The notes under the pieces were generated by a model that was not told the origin of the DNA, did not search any database, and was given only the letters and a program-made list of their open reading frames with translations. Below are positions 57,329-64,000 of a DNA stretch of 64,000 nucleotides, one piece after another (position 1 is the first letter of the stretch; every line of letters begins with the position of its first letter). Source of the DNA: Chlorobiota bacterium (GTDB lineage Bacteria; Bacteroidota; Ignavibacteria; Kapaibacteriales; NICIL-2); NCBI GenBank assembly GCA_044228685.1, contig JBGAUL010000003.1, forward strand, positions 7-64,006, written 5' to 3'. A program made the translations under genes and the position numbers.

Positions 57329-58494
57329 TGCGATGCCTTCCCCGTTGCCGTCCGCGCTCCAATCAACTGCTCAGCTATGCGATTGATCTCAGCCTCTTGC
57401 GCCTCGCGATTGTAAAAACGCGCAGCAGCATCGGCATGCAAGGTGTATTGGACCTTGTCGCGATACAATTGTTCAAGCAACTGTGCTATCACCGACGGCG
57501 CAGCATTCGCAGAAACGAGTTCTCCAAATGGAAATTTCTCAATCACTCGATGCATTGCCGGCAAATCCGTTACCAGTGCCGGTATACGCGCCATCGCGTA
57601 TTCAAAAAGTTTGTTTGGCAAGGCAAGCGAGTAACTGAACGAAATAGGCTCAACAAAACACAGTCCTATATCGGCTGAGGCGGTCCATGCCAACAACTCG
57701 TGGTTTGGAATCGTGCCAAGGAAATGCACGCGATTGTCTAAGGATGCTTGTTGACTTAAGCTGCGATAATGCTCGAGTAGCGGACCATCCCCAATCACAC
57801 AGAAATGATAATCAGGCAAGAGCGGCAAAGTGTAGAGCATCTGCTCGATGCCACGTCCTTCGAGAACAACCCCCTGATACACCACCACAGGATTGTTCAT
57901 ACCTATATCAAATCGTTCGCGCAAATTTTGATTGAAATGTGGATCAGTGTAAGGCGGCACATTCATCACCACATCAGGTTTCTCGTTGCGGTGTAGATGC
58001 TGACGGATGTATTCGGCGTCGAGTTCACCACTGACGATGATGGTGTCAGCGCGACGGGCATAAATGCGTTCGAGAGCAGCGACGAAGAACTGCGTGAGCG
58101 GACGTTCGTGCAATGGACCCAGAGCAGAGTAAATCTCGCGTGAATCATAAAGCACCGTTGCATGATGCTTTCGCGCCAGACGAGTAGCGGCAGTTAAGGT
58201 CCACAAATCTTCTGCCCAGTAACTCGATGCTTCAACATCCTGACAAAGACGATCAACAGCACGCGTGAAATCCAACCACTTTCGCCACAAACGACCACGA
58301 CGTCGAACAGGTACCGTGACAACATGCAAGTGCTCAAAGCCTGCTGTATCCATCCAATCCGGACACAAGACGCACACAGATTTCCCGCCCTGACTCAGCG
58401 CCGTAGCGATATTCATCGTCCGAGCATCAGTGCGCAAATCCGCGAGTGCTAGAATGCATACGTCAAATCGTCGATTTGTAGCCCGAGATTTCAC
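57325..58494 (-). CDS. Family-4 glycosyltransferase (GT4)
   Basis: 389 aa; GT-B fold with C-terminal ..EPISFSYSLALPNKLFEYAMARIPALVTD.. motif (EX7E-like). GTG start overlapping the ade stop (GTGA). Confidence 0.7.
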   Translation of the reverse strand: MKSRATNRRFDVCILALADLRTDARTMNIATALSQGGKSVCVLCPDWMDTAGFEHLHVVTVPVRRRGRLWRKWLDFTRAVDRLCQDVEASSYWAEDLWTLTAATRLARKHHATVLYDSREIYSALGPLHERPLTQFFVAALERIYARRADTIIVSGELDAEYIRQHLHRNEKPDVVMNVPPYTDPHFNQNLRERFDIGMNNPVVVYQGVVLEGRGIEQMLYTLPLLPDYHFCVIGDGPLLEHYRSLSQQASLDNRVHFLGTIPNHELLAWTASADIGLCFVEPISFSYSLALPNKLFEYAMARIPALVTDLPAMHRVIEKFPFGELVSANAAPSVIAQLLEQLYRDKVQYTLHADAAARFYNREAQEAEINRIAEQLIGARTATGKASQ

Positions 58495-60173
58495 GCCGTT
58501 TCTTCCGAGCTAGTTGAAGATGAATTGTTAGGGGCTTGCGTTGAGTCGGCATCAAGCGAGACAAACGCGAAGCGTCCGCCATCGAACAATCCCAAGTCGC
58601 TAAGCTTGAGCTGCGGAATAACCAACAATGCCATAAACGACAAAGTCATGAAGGGCGAAGCGAGCTGTGATCCCAGCTCACGTGCACGTGCATCGAGTCC
58701 GGCGTATACACGCGCAACCTCAAAGCCATCCGCATCACTCATAAGTCCTGCAATTGGCAGTGCGAGATATTCACACTCACCATCAACACAAACAGCAACT
58801 CCTCCGCGAGCGCTAATCACAGCATTCATCGCTGCTGCGAGATCGTCATCATTAGTACCAACCGCAATGACATTATGTGAATCATGTGCCACGCTTGAGG
58901 CAATTGCGCCGCGTTTCAAGCCAAATGAGCGGATGAAGGCAATGGATGGTGGTGCAGAATTGTAGCGATTTTGTACGACGAGTTTGAGGATGTCGTATTC
59001 GGTCGAGCTAACGATACATCCCTCTTGTATCGGAGCGTCAACAATTTCTTCGCGTGTCACGAGCTGTCCATCAGCTGCAACAATCACGCGTATACGTTGA
59101 GTCTGTGCAGCGTCTACGCAAAGTGAATCTGGCGTAACTGTGTCGCAGTTAAATGCATTGACGATTTCATGCTGCTTATGCGCCAGGAGACTCTGGCCGT
59201 CGCGGGCAACGCATTGACCGTCGATCCAAGTTTCAAGCACGCGCATTGATTCAATGGATTCAACGATGATAAAATCGGCAGCATCGCCTTCGCGAAGTAG
59301 TCCGACTTTGAGATTATAATGTTGAACCGGGTGAACACATGCTGCGCGAAGCACGGACATGAGATCATATCCAAGATTCAGCGCGCGATGCACGACTTTG
59401 TCGATGTGACCCGTGAGCAATGAGTCCGGATGCTTGTCGTCGCTACACAACATCAACGATTCCGGATGCCTTGCAAAAAGAGGATGCAATGCCTCAAAGT
59501 TCTTCGCGGCTGAACCTTCACGAATGAGGATTTTCATCCCATATTCAATCTTCTCCAGAGCTTCTTCCAGGGTGTAGCACTCGTGGTCGGTGGAGATACC
59601 GGCTGCGCAGTATTGGCGAGCAGCCTCGCCTCGCAGACCCGGGGCATGACCATCAACCGGTCGTTTATGACGCTTCGCCGATGCGATCTTTGCCATCAAT
59701 TCCGGATCAGCATTGAGCACACCGGGATAGTTCATCACCTCGCTCAAGTAGCCGATTCTCTCGTCGTGAAATAGCTCGTCAATTTCCAGCGCACTAATAC
59801 TCGCTCCGGCTGTCTCAAAAACAGTGGCCGGTACGCAGGAGGGTGCACCAAAGCAAATTTTCAGCGGCGACTGTGCCGCGTTGTTGAGCATGAACCGAAG
59901 GCCGGCGACGCCGAGTACATTGGCAATCTCGTGCGGATCACTGACGGTGCCGACGGTGCCGTGAACGACGGCAAGTCGAGCGAATTCGGCAGGCGGCAGC
60001 ATCGAGCTTTCAATGTGGACGTGCGCATCGACAAAGCCGGGCATGATGATGCGGGATTCAGAGTGAGCTTCCGCTCGCAGCTCCAGCACGCGACCATCCT
60101 CAACAACCAAACAGCCCTGGAAGTCGCGTTTGTTGAGTGGATCGAGGATTCTGCCACGAAATTCTTGTCTCAC
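58491..60173 (-). CDS. ade: Adenine deaminase
   Basis: Amidohydrolase metal-binding motif GFVDAHVHIESS and overall Ade family similarity. Start proposed at GTG 60171..60173 (MRQEFRGRIL..); the ORF-track TTG start at 60203 coincides with a candidate -7 promoter octamer. Confidence 0.75.
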   Translation of the reverse strand: MRQEFRGRILDPLNKRDFQGCLVVEDGRVLELRAEAHSESRIIMPGFVDAHVHIESSMLPPAEFARLAVVHGTVGTVSDPHEIANVLGVAGLRFMLNNAAQSPLKICFGAPSCVPATVFETAGASISALEIDELFHDERIGYLSEVMNYPGVLNADPELMAKIASAKRHKRPVDGHAPGLRGEAARQYCAAGISTDHECYTLEEALEKIEYGMKILIREGSAAKNFEALHPLFARHPESLMLCSDDKHPDSLLTGHIDKVVHRALNLGYDLMSVLRAACVHPVQHYNLKVGLLREGDAADFIIVESIESMRVLETWIDGQCVARDGQSLLAHKQHEIVNAFNCDTVTPDSLCVDAAQTQRIRVIVAADGQLVTREEIVDAPIQEGCIVSSTEYDILKLVVQNRYNSAPPSIAFIRSFGLKRGAIASSVAHDSHNVIAVGTNDDDLAAAMNAVISARGGVAVCVDGECEYLALPIAGLMSDADGFEVARVYAGLDARARELGSQLASPFMTLSFMALLVIPQLKLSDLGLFDGGRFAFVSLDADSTQAPNNSSSTSSEETA

Positions 60174-60200
60174 AAATAGCTCATCAATGATAATACACCA

Positions 60201-60208
60201 CAAAAATA
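60201..60208 (-). promoter_or_regulatory. Candidate -7 promoter element TATTTTTG 27 nt upstream of proposed ade GTG start
   Basis: Plus strand CAAAAATA. Confidence 0.3.
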
Positions 60209-60374
60209 CACCCCACCGTCCCAGTCCGAGGGAATTCGCGCTCTCGGCGCGTAAAAGTTCTTTAACAAAAGGTAAAGTTCATTGCTATAAGGCATTAGGA
60301 CGTGATTCAAGCCTGCTCTTGGCCTACGCCTACCGACCGCAGATTCTTCCCGACCGGAGCAGAGAAGCATTCAC

Positions 60375-60382
60375 TATTTTTG
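60375..60382 (+). promoter_or_regulatory. Candidate -7 promoter element TATTTTTG 37 nt upstream of the DUF1844-like/nadK operon ATG (60419)
   Basis: Exact TATTTTTG. Confidence 0.35.
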
Positions 60383-60418
60383 TCGACTTGTTTAACTACC
60401 CCTCAAGAGAGGCAGAGC

Positions 60419-60682
60419 ATGGACTTTAGTGTCATCATCAACATGTTTGCCATGGAAGGAATGGTTGCTTTAGGTAAACTCAAGCATCCCGCTTCGGATA
60501 AAATTGAAAGCAATCTCGAGCAAGCTAAATTCATCATTGAACTGCTGGGCGTTTTGCAGCAGAAGACAAAAGGCAATTTGGACAGTAGCGAATCCAGTTT
60601 ATTGGAGCAGACGCTGTCGACTCTTCGTCTCAATTTTGTTCAGGAAAGTCAATCGGCTAAGAGCGACGGGACGGAACAATGA
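60419..60682 (+). CDS. Small DUF1844-like protein (87 aa)
   Basis: MDFSVIINMFAMEGMVALGKL..NLEQAKFIIELLGVLQQKTKGNL..LRLNFVQE resembles DUF1844 small proteins. Stop overlaps nadK start. The ORF track starts earlier at 60302. Confidence 0.45.
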   Translation: MDFSVIINMFAMEGMVALGKLKHPASDKIESNLEQAKFIIELLGVLQQKTKGNLDSSESSLLEQTLSTLRLNFVQESQSAKSDGTEQ

Positions 60683-61572
60683 CAAACATTGGACTCTACG
60701 TCAACCCCAACAAAGGCGATGCACTGCGCGTCGTCGAAGAAGCAGCCCAAATCTTGCATGGTCTCGGCGCGGCTTGTTCAGCGCACAGCGACATCGTTGC
60801 GCGGATGAAGTCGTCGGTTGCATCACACATCAAAGCAGTTTCCGATAACGACCTCATCAAGTTTTCTGACGTGGTGATCTCTTTTGGTGGTGACGGGACA
60901 ATGTTGAACTGCGCTCATCATTTAGTCGGCACCGATATTCCCATCATGGGTTTCAATCTTGGCAAGCTCGGCTTCCTCGCTGAGTTCTCAGCCACAGAAC
61001 TGAAGCAGTCCTTGAATGATTTGATGACGGGAAATTATCGCGTCGTTGATCGCGCTACGATTCAGTCCACGCTTAAGCAATCTGACGGCAGCACTCGTCT
61101 CGTAAACGTGCTCAATGAATTCGTCATTGAAAAACACGGTTCTTCGCGCATGATCATTGTCTCTGCATTCGTCGATCAACACCACATTGGTGATTATCGC
61201 GCAGATGGTTTGTTACTAACCACGCCAACCGGCTCGACGGCGTACTCGCTGTCGTGCGGAGGACCGATCATCACTCCATCGGCGCAAGTATTCTGTCTCA
61301 CACCAATCTCTCCACACACCCTAACCTTCCGTCCACTCATCATCAACGACACCAGCGAAGTGCAATTCCGCATTCTTGATGGTGGAAGTGAAGCTAGTGT
61401 GGTTGCAGATGGATTGCAGGTTGCGCAACTCAAAGCAGGCGACGAATTGACCTTGCACAAATCAGAGCATGTGGTGAAGCTGATCAAGAAAATTGACAGC
61501 ACTTACTTTGATCTGCTTCGCGCCAAGCTTCTCTGGAGTGCAGGTGCAGTGAGCACAGGCTCAGGTCTCTAG
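60679..61572 (+). CDS. nadK: NAD(+) kinase
   Basis: GGDGTML motif (..VISFGGDGTMLNCAHH..) and NAD-kinase C-terminal domain. Confidence 0.85.
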   Translation: MTNIGLYVNPNKGDALRVVEEAAQILHGLGAACSAHSDIVARMKSSVASHIKAVSDNDLIKFSDVVISFGGDGTMLNCAHHLVGTDIPIMGFNLGKLGFLAEFSATELKQSLNDLMTGNYRVVDRATIQSTLKQSDGSTRLVNVLNEFVIEKHGSSRMIIVSAFVDQHHIGDYRADGLLLTTPTGSTAYSLSCGGPIITPSAQVFCLTPISPHTLTFRPLIINDTSEVQFRILDGGSEASVVADGLQVAQLKAGDELTLHKSEHVVKLIKKIDSTYFDLLRAKLLWSAGAVSTGSGL

Positions 61573-61609
61573 ATCTCGACTCGTTGAATTGTCAATTCAA
61601 TGCAATTGA

Positions 61610-62296
61610 ATGCATCCTTTCGTTAGCTATCTTCAAACCATTGTTTCGCCAATTGAGACGCCACCGGCAGGCTCAGGCGAAGCTCTTCCTGAACACGCTC
61701 AACGCTTACCGGGCGCTGTCGCACAGCGTCACTTGGCACCTCGCTTTGCGCACGGAGAAGTTCGTTCTTTTACGAGTCCGGCAACGGCTCGTCGCTCAGC
61801 AGTGTTGGCTATACTGTGCATGAGCAATGACGAATTATCGCTCGTGCTCACTTTACGTTCGCAACACTTACCATCGCACAAAGGACAGTTCAGCTTTCCG
61901 GGCGGTCGCATGGAGGAAGGTGAATCAGTGGTGCAGGCGGCATTGCGTGAGACCGAAGAAGAGCTTGGTCTTGATATCTCGCAATTGCAGGTTTTAGGTC
62001 ATCTGACGAATCTCTACACCCCGCCATCAAACTCAAGTATTTACCCGGTTGTTGCTTGGTGTGATCAATTGCCTCCAACCGCGCACTCGCCGCACGAGGT
62101 TGAAGAAGTTCATGTTGTGGCTCTTCGTGACTTGCGTTTCGATCGTCTGGTTGAGGAAGAATGGGAACTAAGAGGCGAGCGAATGACTGTCCCCTTCTGG
62201 CGACTCGAGCACTCCACTCCTCTCTGGGGCGCTACCGCAATAATCATCTCTGAGCTCATGAGCATCTACGAAGATTGGCTTTCAACTAGATCTTGA
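61610..62296 (+). CDS. Nudix hydrolase, CoA pyrophosphatase-like (start uncertain)
   Basis: Nudix box GGRMEEGESVVQAALRETEEELGL and upstream ..RRSAVLAIL..LVLTLRSQHLPSHKGQFSFPGG typical of NudL-type enzymes. The first about 50 aa have no homology and overlap an AT-rich palindrome. Confidence 0.65.
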   Translation: MHPFVSYLQTIVSPIETPPAGSGEALPEHAQRLPGAVAQRHLAPRFAHGEVRSFTSPATARRSAVLAILCMSNDELSLVLTLRSQHLPSHKGQFSFPGGRMEEGESVVQAALRETEEELGLDISQLQVLGHLTNLYTPPSNSSIYPVVAWCDQLPPTAHSPHEVEEVHVVALRDLRFDRLVEEEWELRGERMTVPFWRLEHSTPLWGATAIIISELMSIYEDWLSTRS

Positions 62297-62404
62297 AGAG
62301 TTTAGGCCTATGGAGTTTTAGCCCTAATCGGCTTGTAATCACGCTTTTCCCTCGCTTCGAAGCCTACTAAAGCACAGCATTCCCGGTGCCGAGCGCAATA
62401 CTCG

Positions 62405-62412
62405 TATTTTTG
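62405..62412 (+). promoter_or_regulatory. Candidate -7 promoter element TATTTTTG 20 nt upstream of rluD ATG
   Basis: Exact TATTTTTG. Confidence 0.35.
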
Positions 62413-62431
62413 TGCTCATACTACTACTCCC

Positions 62432-63511
62432 ATGAACGACAATACTCGAACACATTATCCAGAAAAGCAAGAACAGGTTGTTGAATTTCATGTTGGTGCC
62501 GGTGCAGAAGTGCAGCGTATTGACGTGTATCTCTGCAGTGTTATACGAAACGCAACCCGCACTAAGGTCCAGACTGCTATCGATGGCGGCAACGTCTTGG
62601 TGAATGGAAAGGTCATTAAATCCAGCTACAAAATTCAGCCCGGCGACCACATCGTTTGCACCGTGCTACGACGACCACCGATTGAATTAGTCCCGGAGAA
62701 CATCCCCCTCAACATCGTCTACGAAGACGATGATCTGATGGTCATCAACAAACCTGCAGGTATGGTTGTGCATCCTGCGCATGGCAATCGCTACGGCACT
62801 TTGGTTAATGCTTTGTTGTACCATATGGGACAGCGTGAGTCGATCGTCGTTGAGGAAGAGAATGAATCAGAGGAAGCAGAGCTCGACGATGCATCAGTGC
62901 TCGACAACTACGCACTTCGTCCGGGTATCGTTCATCGTATCGACAAAGACACCTCAGGAATATTAGTCGTCGGAAAAAATCCTCATGCAACAGAGCAGCT
63001 CTCCGCACAATTCGCACGACGCACTGCGAAGCGCGTGTATCATGCCTTGGTCTGGGGTTTGGTAAAAGAAGACAGCATAACTATCGACGCTCCACTGGCT
63101 CGATCACCGCGTGATAGAAAAATCTTCTGCGTAAATCCTACCGAAGGAAAGTCAGCGATCACAGATCTGACGGTATTGGAGCGCTATGATTTCTTGTCGA
63201 TGGTTGAACTTCGTCTTCGCACCGGTCGCACACACCAGATCCGCGTGCACTGTTCACACTTGCATCATCCTCTGCTCGGCGATACAGCCTACGGCGGAAA
63301 TGTCTTGCACTACGGTGGCATTCGAGCTCAACATCGCACCGCAGCGCATCGTTGTTTGGAGCTCATGCAGCGTCAAGCACTGCATGCTACCAGTTTGGGT
63401 TTTCAGCATCCAACAACAGGCGTGTGGATGGAATTCACATCTGAACTGCCCGAGGATTTCTCTGCTGTACTCTCGCTTGTGCGCGAACTACACGCAAAGT
63501 CCATCCAGTAA
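62432..63511 (+). CDS. rluD: 23S rRNA pseudouridine synthase, RluA/RluD family
   Basis: N-terminal S4 domain (..RIDVYLCSVIRNATRTKVQTAIDGGNVLVNGK..). Catalytic HRIDKDTSGILVVGKN motif; contains an acidic insertion (EEENESEEAELDD). Confidence 0.85.
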   Translation: MNDNTRTHYPEKQEQVVEFHVGAGAEVQRIDVYLCSVIRNATRTKVQTAIDGGNVLVNGKVIKSSYKIQPGDHIVCTVLRRPPIELVPENIPLNIVYEDDDLMVINKPAGMVVHPAHGNRYGTLVNALLYHMGQRESIVVEEENESEEAELDDASVLDNYALRPGIVHRIDKDTSGILVVGKNPHATEQLSAQFARRTAKRVYHALVWGLVKEDSITIDAPLARSPRDRKIFCVNPTEGKSAITDLTVLERYDFLSMVELRLRTGRTHQIRVHCSHLHHPLLGDTAYGGNVLHYGGIRAQHRTAAHRCLELMQRQALHATSLGFQHPTTGVWMEFTSELPEDFSAVLSLVRELHAKSIQ

Positions 63512-63514
63512 TCA

Positions 63515-64000
63515 CTATTGATTCTGCGCCTTCTGCACTCGCGCTTGTAGCGATTTGAGTTTGTCGCTGATTGACTTCATCGCGACTTGATGCTTGTTGT
63601 AATCATCTTGATGCGCCTCGAGAAAGGCCATAGTGCGAATAATCTTCAATACAGAGCGCTCATCCACAAGCTCATCCTTGTTTTGCCACATGTGTGTGCA
63701 CGCAGAGTCTGCTGACGCGACTCGCCTTTCATGCGTTTTCTTGTGCTCTTCAATCAGATCATGTAACCGCTTACGCGTTCCCTCATTTTTTATTGATGCA
63801 GCACACGACGTGGCTTGATCGTAAAATGTCGTTGCAATATTCTTGCTTTGCTGAAACTCTGTGTGAGCATTATTCACATCGTCGAGATGTTGTTCGATGT
63901 CGGTTTCAAGTTGCGACAGTTGAGGAATTGAGTCACAGAGTTTGGAGTAAAGTTGCTCGAGACCATTATTCCCGGAGCGCTCTTTGTATGAAGAGACTGA
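63515..64000 (-). CDS. Hypothetical coiled-coil protein, 5'-partial (reading frame open to window edge)
   Basis: The ORF-track GTG start at 63877 is probably internal. The same frame has no stop through 64000. Confidence 0.4.
   Translation of the reverse strand, partial: SVSSYKERSGNNGLEQLYSKLCDSIPQLSQLETDIEQHLDDVNNAHTEFQQSKNIATTFYDQATSCAASIKNEGTRKRLHDLIEEHKKTHERRVASADSACTHMWQNKDELVDERSVLKIIRTMAFLEAHQDDYNKHQVAMKSISDKLKSLQARVQKAQNQ

Noticed and set aside
1-64000. CRISPR arrays, integrase/transposase genes, restriction-modification or other defence modules
   Set aside because: No regularly spaced direct repeats were seen. No ORF has recombinase, nuclease or methyltransferase-defence motifs. 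ACCTAGGT, GAGCTC and GCTTCGAAGC are isolated palindromes, not arrays.

Overview
This 64-kb window is a chromosomal segment from a Fibrobacteres-Chlorobi-Bacteroidetes-superphylum bacterium. It looks like a lineage outside the Bacteroidia, such as Ignavibacteria, Rhodothermaeota or Calditrichaeota, because type IX secretion (T9SS) C-terminal-domain cargo proteins sit beside flagellar genes. Coding density is high, about 50 genes, mostly on the minus strand. The main gene groups are:

- **T9SS cargo operon (213..14623, minus):** five secreted proteins with T9SS C-terminal sorting domains. One is a 2362-aa beta-helix protein with Pmp-type repeats; another carries cohesin/dockerin-like modules.
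- **tRNA and amino-acid metabolism:** tRNA-Arg(CCG); a branched-chain 2-oxoacid dehydrogenase E1 alpha/beta fusion with ilvE.
- **Translation factors:** gatB, smpB, and prfB with its classic +1 programmed frameshift.
- **Orphan flagellar module:** fliJ, a ylxF-like MgtE_N protein, a 957-aa FliK and flgD, flanked by non-flagellar genes.
- **Extracytoplasmic redox cluster:** a copper amine oxidase, a pentaheme cytochrome c lipoprotein and a YmdB-like phosphoesterase.
- **Envelope glycan module:** a YfhO-like polytopic membrane protein, a small unknown ORF and a Wzx flippase, translationally coupled.
- **Housekeeping:** serS, lnt, dcd, rlmI-like, recO, ade, nadK, a Nudix CoA pyrophosphatase and rluD.

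A recurrent TAnnTTTG motif sits 20-47 nt upstream of many start codons. This is the Bacteroidetes-type sigma-A -7 element, and it argues for corrected start codons in several ORFs. No CRISPR array, integrase, transposase or obvious defence genes were seen. The most unusual content is the multi-gene T9SS cargo locus and the isolated flagellar hook-length/export module with its oversized FliK.
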